Shown: positions 22,680 through 36,875, numbered from the whole stretch's first letter. The stretch is 60,219 nucleotides of DNA, filler included, from Dugesia japonica (GCA_001938525.1; 6 parts of 6 records of this genome joined end to end with filler, not necessarily neighbours in it), one strand, 5' to 3'. Notes: generated from the letters alone by a model not told the origin. Numbers and translations: made by a program.

Positions 22680-23767
22680 ATAATTATCTATCATTATGAT
22701 AGGTTAGATCAATTAACTTTGGCTCCAGAACATAAATGTTCACCTGGGTCAAACATTAAGAAATTGTTAATGACACATTAACCAAAACGACATTTTATCA
22801 TATATTGGCAATTGTTAGAATTATATATAAATCTCGGGGCTCGTGTAACTGCAGTTCAAAGAATAATTTAGTTCAAAAAAATGGAAATATTTGCCAATTA
22901 TACTCATGCAAATTCAGCGAGAAGAGCAAAGTCTAAGTCCAAATATGAAAATAATTTCTACAAACTATTAAATAATACGTTATATATTAAGACTGTGGAG
23001 AATTTAAAGAAACGTATGGATCTCGGGCTATGTAACAATGAGAAGAAATTGGTAACTTAAACTAGCAAATTTATATTTAAGCAAATAATGGACATTTTAG
23101 AAGGACTCAAGACTGTATTATTAAAGAAAGATACAATATGTTTCGATAAACCGAGTTATATTAGCCAGGTGATTCTAGATTTGAGTGCGAATGTATAGAC
23201 TCCAATATGAGGAACTTGAAAAATATCGAAATGAATTTGGTTGCAAAATTTGATATAATTGCTGGAGATACGGAGAGATTTTTCTTATCTTGTAACGAAG
23301 TAGATAAAAACCAACTCTTATCCCAAATAAAATCTGATGGTCTTCTGGATACAAGGAATTATCTAACAGGTCATCTACTCTAGTCCAGCAATGTGGTTAA
23401 TAAAATTGAATTGTTTAAAGACGAAGGAGAAGGTGAAAGATATACTGAATGGGTATTCCTAAGGCCAAAATGTTATATTTTGAAGAAGGAAAATTCTATT
23501 ACGATAATGAAAGCAAAAGGAATCAGTTTAAAATAAACAAATATCAATCATCAAAACTATTTAAATACATACAATAAAGATGAATACGAAGAACAACAAC
23601 AAATCAAGGTTATGCAGACTAGCTTTTCGTCGATAAATCATCAGGTTTACACAATGGAGAGTGACAAACGCGTATTGCCATACCTACATGATAAGCGCTT
23701 TTGGAATGAAAGAAATACTAGTATGGACTATGTTTATCATAAAATTAATAATAAAACTAATAATTAA
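22680..23767 (+). pseudogene. Polinton protein-primed family B DNA polymerase (pPolB), C-terminal part
   Basis: LTLAPEH, FYKLLNNTLYIKTVENLKKR, FDKPSYISQVILDLS, AGDTERFF (decayed DTDS), FKDEGEG..EWVFLRPKCY, MKAKG, LHDKRF..YHKI. Several stops and frameshifts; absent from the ORF track. Confidence 0.9.
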
Positions 23768-24789
23768 GACACTGGAAAATGAAAGCTTGTTATGAATTAA
23801 GACAAACTTTGACAATAAGTAAGGATATATTTAATCATTTTTATTAAAAAGTAGTGATTTTCTTGAATGGTAGTAAGTAGAGAGATGGTAACGCATGTAA
23901 ACACCCCTTTACCACCGGGCAAAGTGTTTACTAATTTATTGTTCTAGACTTTGGACCCGTTTACGAATTTTAGGGTTTGATTTTTGACTTCTACGTTATT
24001 TTTGAAATATATTGTTGAATTCTTTACAATTTTTAAAATTTGTTGTAGACTTCTGTGTAACTTAGAAAGTATTTCACTGATCTTTATTTAGTTTATAAGA
24101 ACGATTAATGATCTCTATGTAATTTTTGATATATATTAACGGCATAAATGTAATACAATTAAAATATCTAAGTAAAAGAACAAACAAAAGACAATTATGA
24201 AAAGAATGTATTTAAAACACACACGTTCTTTATTACACACTTGAAATTTCAATCAATATATCTTTATCAGTCATTTCATCATCAATCACATCCTTATTTA
24301 TAGGTGTATCAGACATTACTTTGTCGATATTGTCATCTTATGGAGGCATATCAACTATTTCCTCATCAATAATGACATCATTTATAAGTGTGTCAATCAT
24401 TTTCGCATCAATAAAGACATCATTTAGTTGAGTATCGCTCATTTTCTTTTCTGTAGATGCATCTATTTCAATTATTTCTACATTATTTTCTTTATCTACT
24501 ATTGAATAGTTATTAGATTAATATTAGTTATTATTATTACCTTGATCCGATGAAGTTATATGTTCAATCATATCGTCTATAATTTTATACAAATGCATTA
24601 CTAATCAGTTGCTAAGTTCTTTTACAGAATTATTTAAAATTTTAAATTTTCTAGATGTTTTGGTAAGAAATCTTTACGTTAAGGGTAATCTTGATTTAAT
24701 AACATCATCAAATCCCAACTGATTTCATTACATTTTTCATATAATTCTTAAAATCTGGATCATAATTCATGTTATTTATTGGNNNNGTT

Positions 24790-25502
24790 GGATGGTTGGT
24801 GAAAATCTAATGAAATCCAAGAAAGGTTATGGAACTTAGTATATTTATTAAACTTGTATATAAGTTTATCAGTGGTTTTGACAAGATGGACAAACTGGTT
24901 ACAAGCAGTAATTTACTACTGTAACAACCTCCCCGCGATTAAGAACATTGTATCAAACAAAGAAGATGATGGTGTGCTTGTTAACAAGGCAAAATCAGCA
25001 TTGACAGAACCCGATCTAATGAAGGAATTGCTGGTCGTAAAAGAGTGCTATGAAGTATTATTATATACATTAGAAAATCTAGAAGGAGACCGATATAATA
25101 TTTCAATGGCCTACGAGGAAATCAACAGAATAAATTTAAAACATTATCCTCTTGAATTAAAATATTATATTTCCCAATGTCTAGCTGACAACGATTTTAG
25201 ATCTATTTAGATCGACAAAACGTAAATATGTCACCAACTATTTATTCCTTTTTAAGAAACTGTCCCCCTACATCGATTGTAGTAGAAAAGAGTTTCTCAA
25301 TGCAGAAGAAAATATTGGCCGTAGGCAGAAATTTTGATCCTAAAAAATTGGCCAATTACATGTGTGTTACAATCAAAAAGTGGAAGATGCCAATTTGCAA
25401 GATAAACAGGAAAATGATTGTTTGTAATTAAAAAAATAAATGCTATTTTTTGGATTTTAAATGCTATTTTTATGAAAATAAAGGCTATAAAAAACCACTC
25501 TA
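24790..25502 (+). mobile_element. hAT-superfamily transposon 3' fragment (transposase C-terminus and end)
   Basis: VLTRWTNWLQAVIYY, PPTSIVVEKSFSMQKKIL..RNF (hAT dimerisation-type motif), subterminal AAATGCTATTTT repeats ending CCACTCTA. Confidence 0.75.
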
Positions 25503-25779
25503 GTTATATATCACATAAAAAATTAATATACACACGTATAAATACCACATACATACATAATAAATCAATACACACATAATGAACTTATGCATACACAAAT
25601 ACATGTTTAAATGGTATGAACCAGACATATACAACACAAATGCAAGTCAAAAAGACATTGCAACACGAGTGCAACTATAACAAAGAGCATGAATCATACT
25701 TGTACAAGTTAAACAAAGAAAATACAACACAAATGTAAGTATACATAGGTATGATTGCTAATCAAAATTAAGGTGCTAT

Positions 25780-27640
25780 GTGATTTGTAGAGTTTTGTAG
25801 GGTTTATAAGGTAACTGTAATGTTTCATATGGTGATTTTATGGTAATTATATGATTTTATGTTATTATATTAGAAATTATGTGGATATTATAGAGTACGT
25901 ATTTATTATAAGGTTATTATATGGTTTTAACTGATTTATTAAGGTTTTATTTGTTAATTATATGATTTTATATGATAAGTATATGGTTTTATATGGTCAT
26001 TATATATGTTTTATAAGGTAATGATAGGTTTGTATTGAATAATTATATTGTTTTATAGGATTTTATATGTTTTTATTATGCTTTTATAGTGTTTCATATA
26101 ATAATTATATGGTAACATTATGGTAATTATAGGATTTTAATAGAATTTTATATGATTGATTTGGTTTTTTAAAGGTACGATTTTATTAGATTAATAAGGT
26201 AATCATAAGGTTCCATATGGTCGTATAGTGTTTTTATAGAGTTCTATATGATTTCTATATGATTTTTATAGGGTAACTATAGGCTTATTATAGCATTTAT
26301 TATTAAGGTACTTTTAGAGTTATTATAAGGTTTTATAAGATAAGTATATGGTTATTATAAAGTTTTATATGATCTTATAATGTTTTTTTTACCAGGTTTT
26401 TATTAAAATTATAAGGTTTATATGTTATTGTTGTGTTTTGTTGGATTTTATATGATCTTATAGATTATAATTTTAGAAATTGCATAGATGTCTATATAAT
26501 TTTTCGAACAATTGCATGTAAGTCTATCAAATTATAAAATAGTAGAATACGCCATCCGAGGTTTAACTATAATAACATAATACTATGTATTCATTTAATA
26601 CGCACATTATATAAATTACATAAAATAATGCTATGTAATACACACAAAATAAAAAATAAAGTCACTTAAATACACAGAATAAACCTAATAAATATAAATA
26701 AACATATACAATAAACCCAAAAAAGGCATATAATATACATAAAAAAAACCAATAGAGCCATATAATATTAAATCCAATAATACATACAATAAACAAAATT
26801 AACTAAAAGAGTCATTAAATGCACATAAATAACTCAATTGAACTAGTTAAAATCACGTCATAAACTCCATACTTACCGTTAAATGCGTATAATAAACCCA
26901 ATATATTCATATAATACACAAAATAAACTCGATATAGTTGTATAATATACATACCAATGCCCCAATAAAGTCACTTAAATACACACACAAATAACCTAAT
27001 ATAGTCTTATACGCATGAAACCAACGTGTCTTATACATAATAAACCAATGAGTCTTATACACTAAATACAATATATTTATATAATACATGTATTATACAC
27101 AATAGAACCGTATAATACATATAATAAATCATATAAAGTCAATAATTAAACACAATAAAACCAATAGGGTAACAAAATACAAACAATAAACCCAATAGAC
27201 TTATAATACACACTATAAACGTAATAGAGTTATATGATACACACTATAAACTCATTAAAGTCATACAATACATATAATAAACCATATAGTCACTAAATAC
27301 ACACATGCAATAAAATCAATAAAAGTATATACATAGTAAACCCAATTGAGTTTACAATAGTTCCTATAGAGTAATAACTACATAACTACACTCAATATAG
27401 ACATATAACACACTCAATATAGACATATAATAAATACTATAAACCTAATAATTTCATATAACACACTCGCAATGAACCTAATATTAACATTAAATACACA
27501 CCAATACCTCAATTGGACTAGTTAAAAGATACAATAAACGCCATAAATACAGTTAAATTCATACAATAGACCTATTTTGTACAATTAAATACCCTCAAAA
27601 ACTCAATAGAGCTACTTATTACACATAATACATAAAAAAT
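25780..27640. repeat. Degenerate minisatellite arrays in opposite orientation (foldback-like)
   Basis: G/T-rich TATATGGTTTTATA-like units at 25780-26460 switch to A/C-rich ATAAACCCAATAGA/TACACAC units at 26560-27640. Confidence 0.6.
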
Positions 27641-27984
27641 ATTCATAAAAATATACTCATTCATGTAAAATAATATTAAAGTCGACTTGGAGAATAATAA
27701 AATTTTATACATATTAATCCATCTGTGCATCATAAATACATTTCAGGCGATGAAAATGTAAAATGAACAAAGAACTTAACAACTGATTAGTAATGCATTT
27801 GTATAAAATTATAGACGATATGATTGAACATATAACTTCATCGGATCAAGGTAATAATAATAACTAATATTAATCTAATAACTATTTAATAGTAGATGAT
27901 GTTCAAGAAAATGATGTAGAAATAATTGAAATAGATGCATCGACAAAATAAGAGATTAGCGATACTCAGCCTGATCCAATTACT

Positions 27985-28365
27985 TACATTCCTAATAGGT
28001 TAAATATAACTCTTAGTAATAATTCTGATGTAATTCTTTGTGATAGGTTACCTCGAAATTTAGAGAACTTAGAGAATCTTTAATGATGTGCCTAATGAAA
28101 AGAATCAACAAATACAAATATACATTTCTCAAACAAACTTTGAGTTGGATTAAAATTCAATAATTAATAATAGCAACTGCGTTATATCTTTAAAATTGGG
28201 TAAGCGAGACAATCCACAAGAATAATTTTTACCATGATGTATTGAGTAACATTTTTACCAACAACATTTTTGAATATGTTTACGATGTAGAAGTTGATTG
28301 AAAAACAAAATATAATTACTTTTATCTAGACAGTAAAAATGCAACATTAATGACAAGTTTATTTG
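27985..28365 (+). pseudogene. Second Polinton packaging ATPase, C-terminal half
   Basis: ITLSNNSDVILCDRL..IFNDVPNEKNQQIQ/IYISQTNFELD*NSIINNSNCV..HDVLSNIF..*KTKYNYFYL aligns with the scaffold 1 ATPase (TLSNKPNEIISCDKL..IFDDVVNEKNQEIQ..YISQ..NSIRNNSNC..WKTKYNYFYI). Confidence 0.85.
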
Positions 28366-28819
28366 GGTGAGTTACATAAATTGATAAAATTAATATATCA
28401 ATCAGAGAAAGTTTTGGCAATTTGCGTAATTTGAAAATACTTTTTCTTTTCCAAATTATAAAATAGAAGATTTTATTCTTTGTCTTTTTGATTGGTGGAG
28501 CTCCAAATAACCTCAAGATTATTGTATAATCACTTTAACCTTGAAGCCTATATATTATTTCTAATCCATATGGATTGTATAGGACACCACAAGGATCGTA
28601 AACTAATTTTAGAGTAATATTAATCTTTTTTGTTATATTCAAGTGAAGATATTCTGGCAAATTGACTAAAAATTTTCAATGATAGATTCTTCTAGCATAA
28701 AATATCTAACACAATTCTGCAATCTATTAATTCCCAAAACATCAGCATTAATGGTATAGTATTCATGTTTTTAACTTGGAAAAATTATTCTTTTTTTTTC
28801 GCTTTCCTTAAAATTTTCG

Positions 28820-29200
28820 CTTAGTAAAATAAAAGGTTTATTAGAGTTGATTACTTCTAGCAAGTGTAAAAGCATTATTATCAATGGAAAGAATTATTGG
28901 ATTGGAAAAAAGCCAAGGAAGCTATTAAAGTAGAAATCTCTAAAAAGGGATCTGCATCACCCCCATTGGCCTTAATCCCAGGAAATTATTTCTGCGTTAT
29001 CTGAAGCAGCTGGAAGTAGTTCACGAGATCCTATAAAGAAAGGGAAAAAATTGAATTACTTAATCAAAAAAAATCAACAGAGTTACTTCAAGGAAATGGA
29101 ATCCACGGAAGTTATTTATATCTAAATCCATATCAAGGAAGTGCTATTCGTAAACATTTAAAGAATCTAGTATTTTAGCTAAATTCAATGGAAATTTTCA
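28820..29200 (+). pseudogene. Possible Polinton virion core or membrane-active protein remnant
   Basis: KGLLELIT..MERIIGLEKAKEAIKVEISKKGSASPPLALIP..IISALSEAAG..LYLNPYQGSAI resembles the 'KGG.LPL..LIP' and 'GLYL.PY.G.G' motifs I recall from Polinton small structural proteins. Confidence 0.45.
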
Positions 29201-29565
29201 CAAATTGGTACCGACACAGTAAATGTGTCACTCAATATTCATAAAAATATTCATTTGCAATTATCGTTCTATTATTCTTGAATTTTTAGATGAATTGCTG
29301 AGAATTATCGTTATGTTTGAAAGCAATTATAAAATACCAGCAAGTTAAACGAAATAATTGAAANNNNNNNNNNNNNNNNNNNNNNNNNNNNNNNNNNNNN
29401 NNNNNNNTTAATTAATTAANNNNNNNNNNNNNNNNNNNNNNNNNNNNNNNNNNNNNNNNNNNNATTATTATTATTATTGATTATTATTATTGATTATTAT
29501 TATTGATTATTATTATTGATTATTGATTATTATTATTGTCATTAATATTTGTTGTTATTATTAAG

Positions 29566-29715
29566 GTATGGAAATACAATGAAGGATACGTAACCCATGT
29601 TGGCCTGGGTCACAGTATGCCCATAACTCGTCTCAGAATCAGTCCCGATAGACAGCTCATAACGACTGTCAGTGAAGATGGAGCTATATACTTTTGGAAA
29701 TTTCCATCTGTTTAA
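29566..29715 (+). CDS. CFAP52: Last coding exon of cilia- and flagella-associated protein 52 (WDR16)
   Basis: After an AG acceptor it reads VWKYNEGYVTHVGLGHSMPITRLRISPDRQLITTVSEDGAIYFWKFPSV*, close to the CFAP52 C-terminus VWDYNEGEVTHVGVGHSGNITRIRISP..VSADGAILRWKYP. Confidence 0.88.
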   Translation, partial: VWKYNEGYVTHVGLGHSMPITRLRISPDRQLITTVSEDGAIYFWKFPSV

Positions 29716-30424
29716 CTAAAAGAAAAATTATATTAACCTTGTGATTTATCATTGTATCTTTATTACGAATGCGTGTTTCAATAGATTAAGTAATGTAACA
29801 AGTGGATTGAAAATTAACGTTTAAATAATTCTAATAAAATGTAGCCATGTCGTAAATATTATTGTTCATATTTATCAGGATCACGCGTGATTCTTATATG
29901 TTCAAAATAATCAGATAATTTCATTGATCCAGACTATTTGTTTTGTTTCAATAGAATCAACGAAAATCAATGAATAAAACTGTTTACGTGAAAATAAAAT
30001 TTTAAAGAAACATTAGGAAATGTTTACAAGTTCAAATCATAAATTTTCTTTTCGCAAATTTATCTAAATAAAATTCAATCGTGACTCTGTTAACAATTAT
30101 CAATTTTTAGATTTCAGTTATTTTGGCANNNNNNNNNNNNNNNNNNNNNNNNNNNNNNNNNNNNNNNNNNNNNNNNGATTTTCTAATTTTCAAAAAAAGA
30201 ATATTAATTAAATACAAGGTTGAAACAAGGTCGAAACAAATTTGTAATTAATGATTGTTTAATCTTTTTCTTAAACCGCGTTAAATAATAATTTATAATT
30301 TTCTAATATTTGAATCAATTAAAATTGCATTATCGGGTAATTACACGTATAAATACGTCATGGAAAACAATTAAGTAGACTGAAGAAACTCTATTTCTAG
30401 GCAGCGTAGATCTGTTGTCTATGA

Positions 30425-30445
30425 CAGTGTTTCTCAAACTTTTTG
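30425..30445 (+). mobile_element. hAT-type TIR start, single end (similar ends at 44898 and ~47786)
   Basis: CAGTGTTTCTCAAACTTTTT; CAGTGATTCTTAACCTTTT; CAGAGGCGGCCAACTTTT. Partner ends not seen. Confidence 0.4.
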
Positions 30446-33400
30446 GTATAAGACTCCTTTTTTCAACCAAATTTCAAATAACCCTCCGATGAATGGTTGT
30501 GTGTAGATAAACTTCCATAAACAGGAGGGATTAAATTTGTATTAATAAAATGTTACCATGAAAATACATAATTGGAAATCATTGAAAATCAGAAAAATAA
30601 ATTGAAAAATAAAAGTATTAAATTAAATCATTAAAAGTAATCAAAGTAAAATTATATGGTTCATTGAATTCGTGGTCGCACATAAATTGTAATAATTAAA
30701 ATTAGAAAGGTGAAATATTGTTGGAAATTTTAAATTTTAAGATAAAATCAATTAAAATATAAAATAATAGAATATTACCTGGAAAGTTGGTGATGAAAAT
30801 AATGGAAGTATTTTTACAATATTTGTTAAGTGGATGATGAGCATAGATTATGATAAGAAAACCATTGAACCAATTGAATAAAAAGATAGGAACCAACAAT
30901 CATCTCTTACTGTAGACAAGAAAAAGCAAGAAATAAACCAAATTCAGCCATTAAAATATATCAGTTAGCTACTAAAGTAACCTGTGCAAATGGTAATAGT
31001 GAAAACTGTCTAGGTAAAATGCAATTGAATGTTAGTAATAACAGCCCATGCCAAATATTTCTCTCATTAATTTATTAGATTAAGAATTACGAGAATACGA
31101 AGTCTTAGTGGATACTGCCAATGATGGAATTGAAATTCAGGATATCAAAATTCCNTTTCTATCAAAAACCATAGCAGCGTAGTCAATATAAGACTTATTC
31201 CGATTGTATTAATGAGTCAAAATGCAGGAATCGGACAAAATGAGACTCGCAATAATAATTATAACAATCAAAATTATAGAGTGATTGTAGAAGAGAATGC
31301 TAGTAGAAGTGATAAAGAAGAATATTTTGTGAAAGGTATGGTGATAAACGAAGCAAACAAGAGAGTAAAAGACATGAATAAAGACTTGTTATTTGCAGGA
31401 GATTAAAGAAGAATGGCAGAAAGAAATTGCTTAATAACTGAAAGCTTGGTAAAAAGAAACGAAGGATATATATTTCTAAGATTTACTTGCTTGAACGAAG
31501 TAGAAAGAGTATACATACAAGAATGGTGTTTTGTATGAGCAATAGACTACCATTATGATAAAACCATAGAGAAGTAAATATTTAGATAATCATCGATAAT
31601 ATTAACATTTAAAATCAATGTTCTACTAAGTAGTTATATGAAAACATTAGTGGGCAGGAATCTTAATAATATCAGAATTATTAATTTATATGTATTACTC
31701 TCTTGAAATGATGCTAGAATGTCACGAGAGTGACATTCATATTGCACTAATCTTGCACTTGTATTGCACTCATAATATGTATGTAATACATCCATACTGT
31801 ACTTTTAATAGACTCATACTGTGTAAGTAATACAAAGAATATACTTTTATTACATATATAATAAAACTTTTAATGTAAATTTTAACTAGTTTAACCAGTT
31901 TAACCAGTTAAAAAGTTTGTGTCATTTTTCAATAACTTTAAAATTTTCATTGAAAGATTAAAATTATTTTCCCATTCTTTTAGATAGGATTTTTGATTTT
32001 AAAAAAGTTTGTATAAATGTTTAACGATTGTTTGTGTCATTTTTCAACAATGTTTTAAAAGGTTAGGTAAATTTCAACTAGTTTTAGAAAGGTTCATGTA
32101 AATTTCAGATAAAATCTTTTGACTTCACTCCTTTTTGTCTTCAATTGCATTAGCTTCCTTGTACTTATTCCTTCTTACTTGCTTCTTCTCAATCTTGTTC
32201 TTACTTATTATTTCTGTAACTTAAAGCATATTTTCCATCATGAAACCATTACTTTATCTATTGAAACTAACATTTTCAATGTTGAGATCAATATTTTTTA
32301 ATCATAAATCACATATTTCTAATGATGAGACTTGTATTTTCTATATCAAACTCTTATTTTCTAACAATGTAACTAAATATAGTCTATTTAGAAAGAGCTG
32401 TAATATCACTCTTACCCAGTCTTAATATCTTCTTTTATCTCTAAATAGCACTCTCTGAAAATTAATGAAGTGAGGTCTATGAAATTATTAAAGTGAAAAT
32501 ATGTATTAATACCTAATAAAAAACATAGAAAATATGATAAAATGATGCAAAATATAGCTAAAGATGTGAAGATAAGAAGAAATAGGATAAACAGGGGGTA
32601 AATATTGGGAAATGACTAAAAATAAGTTAAATGCTGGGAAAATGAAGGAAAAAACTACAAAAAGTGTATAAATTAAGCATATTAAATGACTTTATTTATA
32701 GAATAAATGTAATTAATTAGTGAACAGATTTACTCTATAAAATATTGTCCATCACACGATCAGTATTTCTCTAGTAAAACTCGTATTTTCTATCATACGT
32801 CCATAATTTCTATATGATAAAGCTAGTACTTTCAATGATGAACCTTTATTTCAAAATAGAGAAATTCATATTTTCAATATCAAAACCATATAATAATGTC
32901 TAAGTTATAGTCAAAATATTGATTTCACTAACAATGTAATTGGCAATTATGTATCTGGCTATCTAAAGGAAAAAGAAACCGATGAAACCAATGTGTACGC
33001 ATGGAAACAAAGGAGTAAGCAAATATGAAAGCAAAGAGTGAAAGATTTCATTAAAATGAATACCTATATTTCACAAGATAAAAATATTATTTTCATGTTG
33101 AAACCTATATTTTCCATAATTATGATCACCTTTCCTTGAATGATGCTAGAATGTCACGCGAGTGACATTCATATTCCACACAAATTGTAATGAACGCAAC
33201 CCTTGATCCAATAAAATAAACCATCAGTTGTTAATAGAGGCTTGTCATATTACGCAATCAGCCAATAAAAATAAACCATCATTATTTAACATATCAGATA
33301 TTTATCAGAGAATATTACATATAACATTATCAGAAATTAATCAATAATAATATTTAACAAGAAAACATTAAAATATACAAAGAAATAAAGGTATTAAGTA

Positions 33401-33934
33401 AAGAAAGCCAACACAAGGATGAATAATATGAATGAAGCAAATGAGTAAGTTAGAATATTCATTCCAAAAGATATATATATATGGGAGAATATACAAAATT
33501 ACGCAATCAGCCAATAAAAAGAAATAGTCAAAAAGAGATACAAAACAGTCACAAATATGGGAAAAAATTAGAAAATATATAAAATAATGTAAAAGAAATA
33601 GCCAAAATAGAATGAAATATTCAAATAATTGAAATAAAATATTGCTAGTGTGAAATAGGTAAAATAATCCAAAAATAGAGAAAATGGGGTTAATGTTTTC
33701 AAACATTTAAACAAAATGGGCCCCCCCCTGATTTTCTGTGAGAAAACTAAAATTTCTGAGTGATTACGCAAACATGATGTCAGTATGATGGAATCACATG
33801 TATAATGTAACTTTTAAACTATTATACAATTGTGACACAATTATTCAGATGTGAACTAATAGGGATTAACTGATTACATATAAAACTGTATAAAATAATT
33901 TATAATGCTGCGTCACGGGAGGTGCTCCATTGCG

Positions 33935-35290
33935 CTCTTTTCTATCTACTGCTCTCTTTTTTTTTAATTTGTCTCCAAAATTTTGCTTCAATATTACAAA
34001 TGTAATTTCACTGTCGAAAAACAATTTGTTTTCAATACTAAAACTATTAATTTGAGACATATTTTTATTCGCACAATTCCAAGATATGTAATATCTAATA
34101 AAATATTCTCTTATAGAAATATTTCTCCGAATTAAAATTACTTTAAACAATTTTTAATTTTCGACAAAATTGTTGAAAATTTTCTTATGAAAATTTTTTT
34201 TTATTTGATTCGGAATTTATGCATTTTATTAATTTAGATGAACTATCAAATTTTCAATTAAGAAAACATTTTTTTTTCAATTCAATTATTATTAATTTTA
34301 TGTATAAACTACTTTTCCTATAAATTGATTTCAATGGTAATTTATTGGAAAAATATTTTTCATTTTCATATTTCATCGTTATCGTTATATAAATTTAAAA
34401 TAATGTTTTTTTTTTGAAATTATTCACAAATTAAAATTTCTGAGAACAATATTAATTTTATTGTTCTTATAAGAATAATAAAAATATACTGAATTATCTA
34501 CAGTTGAATTGAGGAAATAAAAAACATTTCAATAGCTAAATGGTTTTCTTATGCTGAGTTTGTTATGCAATGAAGTCAATGAANNNNNNNNNNNNNNNNN
34601 NNNNNNNNNNNNNNNNNNNNNNNNNNNNNNNNNCTCTTTTCTATCTACTGCTCTCTTTTTTTTTAATTTGTCTCCAAAATTTTGCTTCAATATTACAAAT
34701 GTAATTTTAGACTTTTTCACCTATTTCACTGTCGAAAAACACTTTGTTTTCAATACTAAAACTATTAATTTGAGACATATTTTTGAGACATATAATATCT
34801 AATAAAATATTCTCTTATAGAAATATTTCTCCGAATTAAAATTACTTTAACCAATTTTTAATTTTCAACAAAATTGTTTAAAATTTCCTTATAAAAATTC
34901 TTTTTATTTGATTCGGAATTTATGCATTTTATTAATTTAGATGAACTATCAAATTTTCAATTAAAAAAACATTTTTTTTTCAATTCAATTATTATTAATT
35001 TTATTTATAAACTACTTTTCCTATAAAGCTATATGATTTCAATGGTAATTTATTGGAAAAATATTTTTCATTTTCATATTTCATCGTTATCGTTATATAA
35101 ATTTAAAATAATGTTTTTTTTTGAAATTATTCACAAATTAAAATTTCTGAGAACAATATTAATTTTATTGTTCTTTTAAGAATAATTAAAATATACTGAA
35201 TTATCTACAGTTGAATTGAGGAAATAAAAAACATTTCAATAGTTAAATGGTTTTCTTATGCTGAGTTTGTTATGCAATGAAGTCAATGAA
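33935..35290. repeat. ~650-bp near-identical tandem duplication across an N gap
   Basis: 33935-34583 is repeated at 34634-35290 with few differences. Probably two haplotypes or an overlap artefact. Confidence 0.8.
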
Positions 35291-36875
35291 TTTCCTAATT
35301 ATAAGTTGCTTAAAGTCTGGGATTAATCCAAAATTATTCTACAATAAATTGATATCACAGAAAATGTACAATTTTATAAAAAAAACATTTAAATAACTTT
35401 TGTTTTAATATTTATTCGGAGGCGGGATTTTCAACGCTTGCTTTTTTAATTTATTAGATGGAATNACTAGTTGGAGATTAATCTCTGAAAATAAATGATC
35501 ATTTGAGTCATTTAAACTATTAGAATTATTGGTTCTAGAATTGAAAAATCTGTAATGTTGGAAACAACCAATAATTAAAACAAAATTAATCACGAATTTT
35601 GTATCCAATATAAATTATAAATTTAATTAGTGTTTAAATGAGAGTCTTTTATTAAATTAAAAAGTTAGAATTGTGCGCAGTAGATTTGAATTTAGTATGA
35701 AAAATATAACGACGTTGTTGATTTACAAAATAAAAAGTTGGAAATTTTGTATTTACTGGTTAGAAAATTTGAAAATATCGTTAATACATTTTATTGTTTT
35801 TATAATTCCATAAAGTAGTAAGATTTACGGANTTTTTGTATAATAATTTTATATTAATATTAATTGTGTGTNNTTTTTTTAAAATAAGTTCTTATACTAA
35901 AGTAATTTGAAATATTTGCCTATTTTCGAGTTATTATTTTCTATTGAATTTTGTAATAACTGAGTATTTGTGGTAAATAAATTTCGATAATTAATAAAAA
36001 GAACTTTTATTATATAAATTAATTTATTTAGACGTTTGAATTTCTAACTTTGTATTTCTTTTATCGTTATGCAGCTAGTTATTCGAGTTAGATAATGTCG
36101 TGAAGAATAAGTTAATTAAATAAATCTTGGAATAACGTTGTTTGAATTTATTGTTATTTCATTATTGATATAATATGGAAGTACTTACGCATTACAATTG
36201 TAATATTAAATATTCGGAGAGATTCAAATTTTCGATGAATTATAATTTATAATTATATTTGAATTTTTAAATAAATTATAATAATTTAAAGCAATTTATA
36301 TATCATAATAAATTAAATTAAACAAATCATTGCATCATCATTGTAAAATAGGTACATACAGTCTCAAAGTAAACTTGCGAGATTTTTATTTTTTGCTTAT
36401 ACCAAGAACTTAAGAAAATTAATAATATAATACTAGCTGTAAATGTTTCTGTTGTTTCTCCTTAACAATTTTCTAATATAATATTAAAGAAATTATCTAT
36501 TAATAAATATGAAATTAGAAAAAAGAGAAATATTTCAATATATTTAAATTAATTAAATATCTTCCGTTTAACTAATCAAATGAAATCGAGAAATAAAGAA
36601 AAGATAAAAGTAAAATAATTTCATTGAAATATTCATTTAAGATCGATGATAAAGTTCCATAATTATAGAAATAATTATAGTATAGCTATTAATCAATTAC
36701 ACCACAGCTCTTATAAAATATAAATTAAATTAATTACTATTTGACTGCTTGTTTTAATTTATTACTTTATTTATTTATTTTTTTTCATTTGTTAAGGACA
36801 ATAAATAATAATTATATATATACAGATATACAGTTACATATTACAAATACAATGTAAAACGTTAATATTTATAAT

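Noticed and set aside
33935-35290. Tandem duplication (also 41051-41290 vs 41726-41960)
   Set aside because: Copies flank N gaps and are near-identical, so haplotype or overlap artefacts are likely.
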